From assembly GCA_900551865.1 (NCBI GenBank), contig URXV01000001.1, positions 94,743 through 158,742 on the forward strand: DNA of 64,000 bases, written 5' to 3'. The notes beneath the pieces are model-generated. The model had not been told where the DNA came from and did no database searches. It saw nothing but the letters and a program-made list of their open reading frames with translations. How positions within the stretch are numbered: position 1 is the first letter of the stretch; every line of letters begins with the position of its first letter. Below, in pieces: positions 9,860-22,344 of this stretch. Source of the DNA: an uncultured Rickettsiales bacterium. GTDB taxonomy: Bacteria > Pseudomonadota > Alphaproteobacteria > RF32 > CAG-239. The position numbers and the translations under genes were made by a program.

Positions 9860-10197
9860 GCGTGATATGTAAAATCGTTTTTTCGTAATGTTGATTTTAA
9901 TTTGCAAAAGTATATAACATATTATTCTTTACGTAATGATATTTACTAAATGTTAAGCGAGGGTGCTTTAGTCTCAAGCTGGAATGTCCGGTGGACATTT
10001 CGGGGTTTGAAAGCCTCTCTAATGACGCACTATGTAAAGGCGAAACTTTACATGCCTTCAGTCGTGGACTGGAAGGCGGTAAAATAAGCCTCAGCGGTGA
10101 ATATACCGCGCTGTTCATTAGCAGACTTTCAACTTCCAGTCATCTTCTAGTCAAGATGGCTTTTTCTTTAACCATTGGGAAAAAAGGGAAGTATGAT

Positions 10198-10881
10198 ATG
10201 AGAAAGTTTTTGCTCTTGTCCGGAGTCTTTTTCGGTCTAATTTGCGGCTCTGCGCGGGCGGAGTATTATCGTCAGCCTGGAACGCGTGTTGTTTCTCGAA
10301 CAGCGACGGCGAATTATGTACGCCCGTTGCCGAGGACGGAAACGCAATATCCGCGCTATACTCTGGGGCTGGATGTCGGCAGAAATCATCTTGATTTGGA
10401 GAAGGAAGGAAATTTTAAGTATAAAAGTATAGCTGAAACTGAATATAATTTTTTTAAACCGACGCTGGGATTTCGCTTTAATAAGAAAGTCGGAATGGAA
10501 CTTTTTTATCAGCAGGCGGGAAAAGAGAATAAAGGGACACGTTTTAATGGCGCTAACATTGATGTCGGTGTAAAATATGCGGCGTACGGGGTGGATTTTT
10601 TGTTTTATCAGCCAATAGACAAACAATTGGATATTTTGATGTCATTGGGTGGCGCGTATTATGATTTTGATATAAATCTTGCGGCAAATGTATTGGGATA
10701 TAGTGTTAATGGCAACGTTAAAGAAGAGCCGTTTGGCATGCGTACCGGGTTGGGGCTGCAGTTTAATTTGAACAGGAACTGGGCCGTTCGGGCGATGGCG
10801 CATTATGTTACGATGACCGGCAGCAATGATTATGTTAAAAACATTATGGAGATGTCTCTGGGACTCCGTTACTCGTTTTAG
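10198..10881 (+). CDS. Outer-membrane beta-barrel protein (OmpA/OmpW-like porin family)
   Basis: Signal peptide MRKFLLLSGVFFGLICGSARA, alternating beta-strand pattern, C-terminal ...LRYSF. I moved the start to internal ATG 10198. Confidence 0.7.
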   Translation: MRKFLLLSGVFFGLICGSARAEYYRQPGTRVVSRTATANYVRPLPRTETQYPRYTLGLDVGRNHLDLEKEGNFKYKSIAETEYNFFKPTLGFRFNKKVGMELFYQQAGKENKGTRFNGANIDVGVKYAAYGVDFLFYQPIDKQLDILMSLGGAYYDFDINLAANVLGYSVNGNVKEEPFGMRTGLGLQFNLNRNWAVRAMAHYVTMTGSNDYVKNIMEMSLGLRYSF

Positions 10882-11117
10882 GTGTTTGCTGTCTGGTAAT
10901 TTTGTTGCTGATTTAGCGTTGGTTTGAGTGTCTAAACAATGTTTCGTTCAGGCTGGCTGAGTGTTATAAATTGGCACTTTTTTATGTTGCTTTGTATATT
11001 TGAAGAATAGATAGCAAAGATGTAAACATAAATCGTTTGAAGAGGTGCCTTTTTTGTTGATAACCCTGATGTTTTTGTAAATTTTGCTTGGTAAAATCTG
11101 CGGGTGTGCTATATTAA

Positions 11118-13595
<2,478 letters not shown>

Positions 13596-13630
13596 CCGGT
13601 TTATTTTGAACTGTATGGTTAAGAGGGAGC

Positions 13631-13656
13631 AGCTGGCTCCCTTTTTTGATGGAAAA
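13631..13656 (+). terminator. Terminator after gyrB
   Basis: GGGAGC-AGCTG-GCTCCC hairpin followed by TTTTTT. Confidence 0.6.
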
Positions 13657-13754
13657 TGGAAACACGGAGAAAGGAAACCGGAAAAATAAAAACTCCTGAT
13701 TTCAGGAGTTTTTATCAGATGATAACGATACGGAGCAATTTGCAGGTTGAAAGA

Positions 13755-14129
13755 TTAGTAAATGGAGAATTTAACGGCAAAATAAACCATTACCCAGACC
13801 AGAAGCATACAGATAAAAGCGAGGACTTTGCTTTTTTCGTATTCTTTGTACGTGTTCCACATTCCGACGATACAAACGACGGAATAGGTCAGTACGGCCA
13901 AAAACGCTGCGGTATAAAAGCACAGCCAGGTAAAAGCTGCCGGATTCATGCTCAGAAGGGAAATGTTGTTCCATAGAACCTGCAGATAACGGGTTTCATA
14001 TCCTGCCGACTGCTTCAGAAATATCATTAAAAGACGGGTAACAAAACCGGAAACGGCAAGACCCAGAAATGAAAATTTCCAAAATGCTTCGGCTAAAGAG
14101 CATTGTCCGTAAAAAAAACGTCCGAACAT
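13755..14129 (-). CDS. Hypothetical small integral membrane protein
   Basis: 124 aa with three or four hydrophobic helices. Confidence 0.45.
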   Translation of the reverse strand: MFGRFFYGQCSLAEAFWKFSFLGLAVSGFVTRLLMIFLKQSAGYETRYLQVLWNNISLLSMNPAAFTWLCFYTAAFLAVLTYSVVCIVGMWNTYKEYEKSKVLAFICMLLVWVMVYFAVKFSIY

Positions 14130-14196
14130 TAATCAATCTCCTTAAAAAGTATCTGTCGTATTTATATCGTATCGCTTTGCGGCATGCAACCGCTTT

Positions 14197-15915
14197 TTAG
14201 AAGAAACTTACAATATTCTTATATTTCTTTAACCCAAGTTGTTTGTGGGTGGCGGCGATATATTCATGAAGCTCGCCCCAAGATGTGTTTTCTTCAATGT
14301 ATTGCCGCGCTTTTTGCGGGGATTTAGAGAGCTGAATGTCAATAACTTTAGTCAGCAGCTCATACATTGCCGGGCTTACTTTGGCAAAGTCGATATGCAG
14401 CAACCTGTTAGCGTCGAATGTTACGGCACCGTGTTTCAAAAGGGTGTTAAATTCTATTAAGTCGACTATTTTGTAGGTTTCGGTCGGGAATATCGGTTTG
14501 GCGCGCAGCAGGAGGCGAAAAATCCAAGTGGTGTAGATTTGTTTTAACCTTTCCTCGCTGAGAATGCCCTGTTTGACATATTCCGGCATGAAAGCGATTG
14601 AAATCGTGTCGGCTTTGTTTTCTTCAATAATGGATTTGCAAATACCCGGGGAGTTCTGGTATTCGCTGTTCGGCCCTAAAGAATGTCCGTTTTCGTGTCC
14701 GATAACAAACAGATGGTCGGCTTCCAAATCGTAATATTTGTGAAAATCGGGGTGAAGAAAGGCGTCCAGCATCTTTTGCGTCCGTTCGGGGTCGTGTCCC
14801 TGGCGTACTTGCCGATGATAGACGTTGCGCCGTCCGCCGCCGGTTTTGATGGCAAGCTTGTCGTTGTTCGGCAGATTTTGAGCAACGGTAATACCGCCGC
14901 GGCATTGGGCGTAATCTCCGGTCAGGCTGATTAAGTCAACGTCAACCATGGTTTGCTTTAAATCTGCGTTGGCGTTGATGCTTTGCACGTATTTGTCGGC
15001 GTAAGGCATAAGGGCGCTCAATTTGGGCATCATATCCCTGAATTGCAGCAGCAGTTTAGTTCCTTCACGGTTGACAATGCCGACCCGGGCGCCAAGCATA
15101 TCTTTGGCGATAACATCAATATTATGCTGTTTAATCAAGGCGGCAAGCTGCGGATTTTCCAAGACTGTCGGCGTCATTTCATCATCGTAGTTTTCACGGC
15201 TGATGGTAAATTCAAGAGGCGAATCCTGCATCATGGCCCAGTGTTTATCGGCCAGCATATCCATATCTTCGTTGTTTTGCAGCAAGGCTTGTGCCTGCCA
15301 TGACAAAAATTCACGAAACAAATCGTCAGAGCAGTAGTGGGCGGCGACTTCCAGTTCGTTTGCCATAGCGGAGAATTCTTTTTTGAAGTATTCGGTGTAA
15401 TCAACGGCTTTTAATTTTGCACCGTTGCGGACAACCATGGTTCGGGCAGACAAAATGCGGGCAATTTCTTCGGATTCTCCGCCAGCGAACATGTTTAACA
15501 GGATTTGATGAAATTCGTCAACGGTCAAGTCCTGCGGATAGAAATTTTTTCCGGCGGATGTTGTCAGGCCTTTGAACAGGCAGATTGGGGCAGCGTCAAT
15601 TCCGTTTAAGCCGGATACGCCGTTCAGGGAATTAAACATTTTTAAAGTCAATGCAGCTTGTTCATCGTCTTTTGCAGCTTGTTCAAGCGCTTGTTTCAAA
15701 GAAATATTGTGCGGGTTGTCCTGTTGCAGGCAGACGTCGTTCAGTATCTTGGCGGCTTGCACCAGATGCTGCAGCGCTTTGCGGTCTCCTTCGGAAAGAG
15801 CCAGCCATGCAGGTGAGGTTTCTGACAGCAGCGTAATGTCGGTCATTTCTTCGGTGGTCATTTTTTTTAGTTCGTCAGTTGAATAATTTAATGCGAATCC
15901 GTTATATGTTGTCAT
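14197..15915 (-). CDS. Putative zinc metallopeptidase, M49 (dipeptidyl-peptidase III)-like
   Basis: HENGH (HExxH) followed about 30 aa later by EENKAD, which resembles the M49 second motif EExR/KAE/D. I applied this by eye only. Confidence 0.55.
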   Translation of the reverse strand: MTTYNGFALNYSTDELKKMTTEEMTDITLLSETSPAWLALSEGDRKALQHLVQAAKILNDVCLQQDNPHNISLKQALEQAAKDDEQAALTLKMFNSLNGVSGLNGIDAAPICLFKGLTTSAGKNFYPQDLTVDEFHQILLNMFAGGESEEIARILSARTMVVRNGAKLKAVDYTEYFKKEFSAMANELEVAAHYCSDDLFREFLSWQAQALLQNNEDMDMLADKHWAMMQDSPLEFTISRENYDDEMTPTVLENPQLAALIKQHNIDVIAKDMLGARVGIVNREGTKLLLQFRDMMPKLSALMPYADKYVQSINANADLKQTMVDVDLISLTGDYAQCRGGITVAQNLPNNDKLAIKTGGGRRNVYHRQVRQGHDPERTQKMLDAFLHPDFHKYYDLEADHLFVIGHENGHSLGPNSEYQNSPGICKSIIEENKADTISIAFMPEYVKQGILSEERLKQIYTTWIFRLLLRAKPIFPTETYKIVDLIEFNTLLKHGAVTFDANRLLHIDFAKVSPAMYELLTKVIDIQLSKSPQKARQYIEENTSWGELHEYIAATHKQLGLKKYKNIVSFF

Positions 15916-17182
15916 TTAAATTTATCTCCACTGTTTTAAATTTGTAAAATTTCATCTGGTCGTTATGATAATCTGGATTTAATCCTGACTGCAACTGCAA
16001 AAAGCGGAAAATTTCGGCGTTGTCGGCAGAAGCCGGAATCGGTTGGCGGCGCCGGGCAGCGAGGCTTTTGCGGAAGGCTGCGATTTCCTGAGGAAGAAGC
16101 AAGTTCTCACGGGAACCAAAGCGAAACATCAGCCCCTCGTCAGGCATCAACATTGTTTGCGGCGTTATTTCAACGGCTGACGTCAACAGGCTTAATCGGA
16201 GCGGCGTTTGGCCGGGGGGCAGCCGGTGCAGAGCGGTTTTAAGATTCTTTTCCAATGATGCGTTTAAATCAAGGCTGCAAGCGGTTTTTTCACGGGCGGT
16301 CAGGCAAAGCGGAGCATTTTGCAGCAGCAGATTGTCGGTTGAAAATCTGGGGGAAATAGCAGAGGAGGCGCTAGCGGCGGGGATATTTGCGACGGGAGAA
16401 TTGGCAACAAAAGAACCGGCAACGGAAGAATTGGCGGTTGGAAGGCCGGCGGTCAGAGAGAGGGTTGCGAGCAGTTCTTTTTTATGTTCAAAAGCAAAGC
16501 TGCGGAGGGCGTTCTGTTCAGCGGCAAGTTTTCCCTGCGGTTTTTGGGGGAGGGGAAATAAACGGTCAAGCAACGGTTTTACCAAAGAGAAGGCCTTTGA
16601 TGTTTTAAGTTTTTTGAGTGCGGTGGTGTAATTAATGGTATGCGGGTAGAGATTTTGTGCAGATATGACAGCGTTTACGGCATTGATGTCTGATGAAACG
16701 ATGATTGAGCGCGGGACGGAAGGTTCGGTATTCAATGGCACCGTATCCGGCTGTTTTACTGTGGCGGGGCTGCTTTCGGCTATGCGGCAGGCGGGGGCGA
16801 AAATTTGTATCAGGGACAAAAGAGCCGAGGTTTCCTTTATTTCGGGAGTAAACTGAACTTCTGTCGTGTCTGATACAATTTGAGAAAAGGCCTGTGCTGT
16901 GGTTATAAAATTCTGTCGGTTTGCAACAGCAGGAATGAGAATAACTGCCGGTGCGGTATCGGCAGCGGAAGTGAAAGTGAACAAAGTAACTGGTGCCGCG
17001 TGTTCATATTCTCCGGCCATGGACGGACGGGGATGATAAGTCAGGAGAGTTTTGTCCGTCTGGTGCAGCGCTGTGGAAAAGTGCGTGCAGTTTAATATGA
17101 CGAATAAAACGGCTGCTACCGTTAGAGCGGCAATTTTAATTCTCCGCCGCTTTTGTTTTTTCTTGTCTATATATAACAGCAT
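15902..17182 (-). CDS. Hypothetical membrane-anchored low-complexity protein
   Basis: N-terminal KKKQKRRR then a TM helix, followed by Ala/Ser/Pro-rich regions. It overlaps the downstream peptidase gene by 14 nt, suggesting an operon. Confidence 0.5.
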   Translation of the reverse strand: MLLYIDKKKQKRRRIKIAALTVAAVLFVILNCTHFSTALHQTDKTLLTYHPRPSMAGEYEHAAPVTLFTFTSAADTAPAVILIPAVANRQNFITTAQAFSQIVSDTTEVQFTPEIKETSALLSLIQIFAPACRIAESSPATVKQPDTVPLNTEPSVPRSIIVSSDINAVNAVISAQNLYPHTINYTTALKKLKTSKAFSLVKPLLDRLFPLPQKPQGKLAAEQNALRSFAFEHKKELLATLSLTAGLPTANSSVAGSFVANSPVANIPAASASSAISPRFSTDNLLLQNAPLCLTAREKTACSLDLNASLEKNLKTALHRLPPGQTPLRLSLLTSAVEITPQTMLMPDEGLMFRFGSRENLLLPQEIAAFRKSLAARRRQPIPASADNAEIFRFLQLQSGLNPDYHNDQMKFYKFKTVEINLNDNI

Positions 17183-17202
17183 GGCAGCTCCTTAAATATC
17201 GG

Positions 17203-17832
17203 CTATTTTTTTATACGAACCCGGCATTTTTTCATATTTTCACGCGAGAGGGAGATAATGGCATTTTCCAAATCCGATAGAATTTTTTCGCCTATTTCGG
17301 CAATCAACGGTTTCTTTTGCAGTGCCATCTTATAGTATTCTGCGCCGTTTTCGCAAAGCTTCCAATACCGAACGTCGCCGTCTTTGTATTGGTTGGCCTG
17401 GAGATTGGCTTCCAATTTATCTAAAGCGGAAACGATTTTAGCCTCCAACGTTTCTTTCTTTTCGTATTCCTGATATAAGTCATAAATTTTATGGTTCAAC
17501 GGTGTCGGAAGCAGGCTTTTCAGTTCTTTTATTGCAGCTTCTTCTTTTTGCTTTTTTTCTTTTTTCAGTTCGGGATTGACAATCTGGTTAGCGGCGGTGT
17601 AGTCACCGACCTTGCCTTCGGCTATATCGTGAACCAGTGCCATTTCCAACATTCTGGTATAATCTACCTTGCTTTTCAGATAAGGGGAAATGAGCATAAC
17701 GAGAAACGAGAGTTTGAAAATATGCATGGCATCATTTTCGGTTGAGCCTTCATACAGCAGTACGTCCCTTTTTACGATGCAGACTTCTTCCAATGCCCGC
17801 ATAAAACTGATGATTTTTTCAATTCTTTTCAT
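17203..17832 (-). CDS. HD-domain phosphohydrolase (YfbR-like 5'-deoxynucleotidase family)
   Basis: HD motif ...MHIF...LVHDIAEGKVGD. Confidence 0.8.
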   Translation of the reverse strand: MKRIEKIISFMRALEEVCIVKRDVLLYEGSTENDAMHIFKLSFLVMLISPYLKSKVDYTRMLEMALVHDIAEGKVGDYTAANQIVNPELKKEKKQKEEAAIKELKSLLPTPLNHKIYDLYQEYEKKETLEAKIVSALDKLEANLQANQYKDGDVRYWKLCENGAEYYKMALQKKPLIAEIGEKILSDLENAIISLSRENMKKCRVRIKK

Positions 17833-17958
17833 GGCTCTCCGAAGGTGTTAAAAGAGTTATATTTCAGGAAAGGTTGCCGGAGCTAGGGCGTCTGGGCTGG
17901 TGCTGCCCAATTGCCTGTGCGGCCGGAGCTTTGGGACTCCGGCCGGGCAACAAGGAAA

Positions 17959-19248
17959 TCAGCGGGCATTTTTGCCGATGAATTTTTTGCCGTTCATATA
18001 AGGCTGGAGTTTTTCCGGAATACGGACGGTAAAGTCAGCCTGCTGGTGGTTTTCCATAAACGGAGCCAGAATACGCGGTGTGGCGATGCCGGTATTGTTC
18101 AGCGTATGGGCAAATTTGACTTTGCCGTCTTTGTTGTCGCGGTATCTCAGATTGGTGCGCCGAGCCTGCCATTCGGTAATGTTGGAGCAGGAGTGGGTTT
18201 CGCGGTAGCAGTTCTGCGAAGGCGTCCACGCTTCCAAATCATACTGACGGTATTTGGGAGCGCCCATATCGCCGGTGCAGATTTCCAATACCTGATAAGG
18301 CAATTCCAAATCCTGCAATACTTCTTCAGAAATAGCCAGCAGGGTTTTGTGCCATTTTTCGCTTTCGGCAATGTCATTTTTGCAAATAACGAACTGTTCG
18401 GTTTTCAGAAACTGGTGGACGCGAACCAAACCGCGCGTATCTTTTCCGGCGGCTCCGGCTTCGCGGCGGAAACAGGGGGAGAATCCGGCATAGAGCACCG
18501 GCAGGTCATTTTCGGAAAGAATTTCATCGGCTCGCAGCGAATTGAGCACCAGTTCGGCCGTGCCGGAGAGGTAAAGGTCGTCGGCCGGCATATAATAGAC
18601 TTCGTCCTGAGAAAACGGCAGATAGCCCATTCCATATAACGGTTTTTGTTTGGAAAGCGAGGGAACGGTAATCGTGGTGAAACCGTGCGCAGCCAGTTTG
18701 TCCAGCACCAGCATATGCATAGCGAGTTCCAGTCGGGAAAGTTCGTTTTTGATAGCATAAGTTCTGGCGCCGGAAACTTTGGCAATGCGTTCCATTTCCG
18801 ACCAGTCGTTTAGTTCCATCAGTTCTACATGGTCTTTGGGCGTGAAATCAAATTTTGTCGGTTCGCCGACTTTTTTGATGACGACATTGCCGGACTCGTC
18901 CGGGGCGACGGGAGATTCCGGACTCGGGAGATTAGGCATGCGCCACATTATGCTGTCATATTTCTGCTGTTCTTCGGCCAGCTGTTCCTGTTCTTTTTTC
19001 AATTCTTCACCGATTTCCCTGCTCTTGGCGATAATGGCGGGACGTTCGTCAGCCGATGCGGATTTGATGGAATTGCTCAGGCGGTTTTTTTCTTCTGCCA
19101 GTGCCTGGGTGGAGGTTTTTAACTTGTTGACGTCTTTGTGCAGAGCAATCAGGGCGTCTATGTCAATCTGTTCGGGCGTGTATCCTTTTTTGGCGAGACC
19201 TTCTTTAACCAATTCAGGGTTGTCGATAATGAATTTAATATCCAACAT
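17959..19248 (-). CDS. serS: Seryl-tRNA synthetase
   Basis: 429 aa with an N-terminal coiled-coil arm and the class II core. Confidence 0.95.
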   Translation of the reverse strand: MLDIKFIIDNPELVKEGLAKKGYTPEQIDIDALIALHKDVNKLKTSTQALAEEKNRLSNSIKSASADERPAIIAKSREIGEELKKEQEQLAEEQQKYDSIMWRMPNLPSPESPVAPDESGNVVIKKVGEPTKFDFTPKDHVELMELNDWSEMERIAKVSGARTYAIKNELSRLELAMHMLVLDKLAAHGFTTITVPSLSKQKPLYGMGYLPFSQDEVYYMPADDLYLSGTAELVLNSLRADEILSENDLPVLYAGFSPCFRREAGAAGKDTRGLVRVHQFLKTEQFVICKNDIAESEKWHKTLLAISEEVLQDLELPYQVLEICTGDMGAPKYRQYDLEAWTPSQNCYRETHSCSNITEWQARRTNLRYRDNKDGKVKFAHTLNNTGIATPRILAPFMENHQQADFTVRIPEKLQPYMNGKKFIGKNAR

Positions 19249-19351
19249 TGCTGATTATCCTTTTTTATATAAAATTATTTGCAAAAATCTGAAAACAAGG
19301 TTATCAATATTTAAAATTAAAAACAACACAAATTTGAAAGGCAGACACAAA

Positions 19352-20359
19352 ATGATAGAGGGAAAAAGGGTTCTGACCGGGGTTAAGCCGACCGGCAAGC
19401 CGCATTTGGGAAATTATCTGGGAGCAATCAAGCCGGCGATTGAAATGGGGAACACGGCAAAGCAGCACATTATGTTTATTGCCGATTATCATGCGATTAA
19501 TGCCGAGAAAAACGTGGAAATTCTGAATAAAGAGATAAAAGAAATAGCATGCATTTATCTGGCGGCAGGGCTTAACCCAGACAAGAGCATTTTTTACCGC
19601 CAGTCCGATGTGCCGGAAATTTTTGAAATAACGACGATTTTAACGGCATTTACGCCGAAAGGGTTTATGAATAAGGCGCATGCGTACAAAGCGGCGGTTG
19701 ACAGGAATATTGCCGCGGAAAAACCGCATGACGACGGGATTAATATGGGGCTGTATACATATCCGATTTTAATGGCGGCGGATATTCTTTCTTTTGACAC
19801 GGATATCGTGCCGGTCGGAAAAGACCAGGTGCAGCATGTGGAAATTGCCAGAGATATTGCCGGAGCCATTAACGCTTTTTACGGTGAAGAAATCCTGGTG
19901 CAGCCGAAAGCCGCGTTTGACGACAACATTGCGGTAATACCGGGAATTGACGGGCGTAAAATGAGCAAGTCATACGGTAATGTCATTCCGATGTTTGAAG
20001 ATGACAAGACACTGAAAAAGGCGGTGTTTTCGGTTAAGACCGACTCTAAACCGATTGAAGAGCCGAAAAATCCCGACGAGGTTTTGGTTTATGAAATTTA
20101 CAAGGCGGTAGCTCCGGCGGACAAAGTTCTGGAGATGGCCGAAGGACTTAAAAACGGTAAGCTTGGATACGGACACGTTAAAAATATGCTGTTGGAAGCC
20201 ATTATTGAGAAAACCGGGCAGGAACGGGAGGTTTATAATTATTATATGAACCACTTTGATGAGGTTGAAAAAATTCTGGCGGTCGGTGCAGAAAAGGCCA
20301 GAGCAATTGCCGGGCGGACATTACAACGTTTAAAGAGTGCCGTTTTCGGCGGTTTTTGA
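19352..20359 (+). CDS. trpS: Tryptophanyl-tRNA synthetase
   Basis: HIGH motif TGKPHLGNY and KMSKS motif KMSKS. The start is at ATG 19352; the longer ORF is an upstream artefact. Confidence 0.95.
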   Translation: MIEGKRVLTGVKPTGKPHLGNYLGAIKPAIEMGNTAKQHIMFIADYHAINAEKNVEILNKEIKEIACIYLAAGLNPDKSIFYRQSDVPEIFEITTILTAFTPKGFMNKAHAYKAAVDRNIAAEKPHDDGINMGLYTYPILMAADILSFDTDIVPVGKDQVQHVEIARDIAGAINAFYGEEILVQPKAAFDDNIAVIPGIDGRKMSKSYGNVIPMFEDDKTLKKAVFSVKTDSKPIEEPKNPDEVLVYEIYKAVAPADKVLEMAEGLKNGKLGYGHVKNMLLEAIIEKTGQEREVYNYYMNHFDEVEKILAVGAEKARAIAGRTLQRLKSAVFGGF

Positions 20360-20383
20360 GCGTGTATGATGTTTGAAAAAAAT

Positions 20384-20410
20384 AAAGCTCCCTGTCGCGG
20401 GAGCTTTTTT
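20384..20410. terminator. Bidirectional terminator between trpS and the convergent gene
   Basis: AAAGCTCCC-TGTCGC-GGGAGCTTT hairpin flanked by A-run and T-run. Confidence 0.65.
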
Positions 20411-20849
20411 AAGATTTATTAGGGGTTGCCTTTTTGTTCAGGACGTTTTCTCTTGCTTTGCGGGCTTTTTCGGAGAGGCTTTCCTGTGCCGCCGGCTTTG
20501 CGTCGGCGTTTTGCTGCGGCTGCTCTTTTTTTTTTAACGCCGCGGCGTAGGCGTGCAGGATTTCATTTTCTGCTTCGGGGTTTTCATTGTATTTCATTTC
20601 ACAAACATACAGGACGCTGAGTTTTTTTAATTTTTCGATGGCATCAGGAAGAAGCCCCTCAATAAGGACAATGTCGTTCTTACTGCGCGACAATTCTATC
20701 AACCGGTTTGTTTCGTCCAAGGCAAAAGACGGATTCTGCGGAGTTCCTTCGCCGGCAAAAAGCAGAACCATAACTTCTCCGTCGTCGTTTTCCATCAATT
20801 CGTAAACATTTTGCGGATCCTGTTTTTCAGGTTGTGATGTTTCAGTCAT
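20409..20849 (-). CDS. Hypothetical acidic protein
   Basis: 146 aa with no recognisable motif. Confidence 0.4.
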   Translation of the reverse strand: MTETSQPEKQDPQNVYELMENDDGEVMVLLFAGEGTPQNPSFALDETNRLIELSRSKNDIVLIEGLLPDAIEKLKKLSVLYVCEMKYNENPEAENEILHAYAAALKKKEQPQQNADAKPAAQESLSEKARKARENVLNKKATPNKS

Positions 20850-21014
20850 TATTATATCCTTTAGAGTATTATCTGTGACGAGTGTAGAGCGAAAGTTCTT
20901 AAAAATCGGTTACGAACCTAAAAATGATGCATATTTTTTGTTGCAATCTAAAAAAAATGTGGTATAAGGCTCTAAAATATTAACCGACAGAGAAATAGAA
21001 AAGAGGTGATTTAA

Positions 21015-21221
21015 GTGGTTCAGGTTACTGTTATCGGCAATGATGTGGCTCAATCTTTGAAGATTTTGAAGAAAAAGATGCAGCGCGAAGGTATTTTTCG
21101 CGAGATGAAGCTCAGACGCTGCCATGAAAAGAATTCTGAGAAGAAGGCTCGCCGTCAGGCTGAGGCTGTCAGAAGAGCAAGAAAGCAGTTGCGCAAGCGC
21201 TTAGATACTGAAGGATTCTAA
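21015..21221 (+). CDS. rpsU: 30S ribosomal protein S21
   Basis: GTG start after AAAGAGGTGA. Basic C-terminus [20 protein letters not shown] is typical of S21. Confidence 0.85.
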   Translation: MVQVTVIGNDVAQSLKILKKKMQREGIFREMKLRRCHEKNSEKKARRQAEAVRRARKQLRKRLDTEGF

Positions 21222-21370
21222 TCCTGCTGTTTTGATTAAGAAGGGGCTCTGTCCGGGGCTCCTTTTTTTGTGCTTTATGGATGTGCTAATGGGAGATTTT
21301 TTCTGTAAAATGGCATAAAATAAAGCCCTCCTGGAGGGCTTATTATACTTGTGGTGTTTTCGTCGTTTTA

Positions 21371-21904
21371 TCAGGCTATTTTTTCTACTTGTCCGAATTC
21401 CAGTTCTACCGGCGTATAGCGTCCAAAAATAGAAACGGAAACTTTCAGGCGTGACTTTTCATTATCAACTTCTTCAACAACGCCGACAAATGAAGCAAAA
21501 GGTCCGTCCGTAACGCGAATCTGTTCGCCAATTTCGAAATATACTTCCGTCGAAGGACGCTCAACGCCTTCTTCTATCTGCGTCATGATGCGTTTTACTT
21601 CAGCTTCGCTTATAGCCTGAGGCTTGTTATGGCTGCCGAGGAAGCCGCTGACACGCGGCGTATCTTTTACAATATGCCATGCGTCATCGCTCATTTCCAT
21701 TTTGACCAAGATATAACCGGGGAAGAACTTGTGCGTGGCATTTACTTTTGCACCTTTTCGAACTTCGACAACCTGTTCGGTAGGAACCAAAACCTCAAGG
21801 ATGCGGTCGTCCATCTTTTTCAAAACAGCTTGCTCACGAATGGATTCAGCAACTTTATTCTCTGAACCGGAATATACATTTACGACATACCAACGAGCGG
21901 TCAT
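21371..21904 (-). CDS. nusG: Transcription termination/antitermination factor NusG
   Basis: NGN domain (WYVVNVYSGSE...) and KOW domain (FEIGEQIRVTDGPFASF). Confidence 0.95.
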   Translation of the reverse strand: MTARWYVVNVYSGSENKVAESIREQAVLKKMDDRILEVLVPTEQVVEVRKGAKVNATHKFFPGYILVKMEMSDDAWHIVKDTPRVSGFLGSHNKPQAISEAEVKRIMTQIEEGVERPSTEVYFEIGEQIRVTDGPFASFVGVVEEVDNEKSRLKVSVSIFGRYTPVELEFGQVEKIA

Positions 21905-21913
21905 GGGTAACTC

Positions 21914-22105
21914 CTAATATTTGAAGATTGAACTGACTATGGCGGCAAAAATCATGTCGACAAAGAAGAAAAACGTCGAGGCAATTGCAACAATTACCAT
22001 CACCATAATCGTTGCGCGCATTACTTCTTTTTTAGACGGCCAGGTAACTTTTTTTACTTCTTGCTTAACTTGTCTAAAAAATTGTATCGGACTTGTATTT
22101 CCCAT
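21914..22105 (-). CDS. secE: Preprotein translocase subunit SecE
   Basis: 63 aa with a single TM helix, conserved FxxVKxEVKKVTWP motif, located upstream of nusG. Confidence 0.85.
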   Translation of the reverse strand: MGNTSPIQFFRQVKQEVKKVTWPSKKEVMRATIMVMVIVAIASTFFFFVDMIFAAIVSSIFKY

Positions 22106-22137
22106 AGCTCAACCATTTCAATAACATTGATAAAAAC

Positions 22138-22213
22138 TGGCAGGGGCGGAAGGATTCGAACCCTCGACATTCGGTTTTGGAGACCGACGCTCTACCAACT
22201 GAACTACACCCCT
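22138..22213 (-). tRNA. tRNA-Trp (anticodon CCA)
   Basis: Hand-folded cloverleaf AGGGGTGTAGTTCAGTTGGTAGAGCGTCGGTCTCCAAAACCGA...CCGCCCCTGCCA with anticodon loop CTCCAAA and encoded CCA. It sits upstream of secE as in many bacteria. Confidence 0.9.
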
Positions 22214-22344
22214 ATTAAAAACGGCTTTGTTTCGTTTACTTCAACCTTGATACACGTTTAGAAACAATAAATCAAGTATTTTTTATATCTGTCAATAAAA
22301 TAAAACCGTTTTTGCAATCTGTTTAGAGAAAAAGCAGCTCTTTT

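Noticed and set aside
17911-18639. 242-aa ORF antisense to serS
   Set aside because: A shadow ORF of a highly conserved gene, with low complexity.
18779-19351. 5' extension of the trpS ORF to 526 aa
   Set aside because: The extension is antisense to serS. The real TrpS N-terminus (MIEGKRVLTGVKPTGKPHLGN) begins at ATG 19352.
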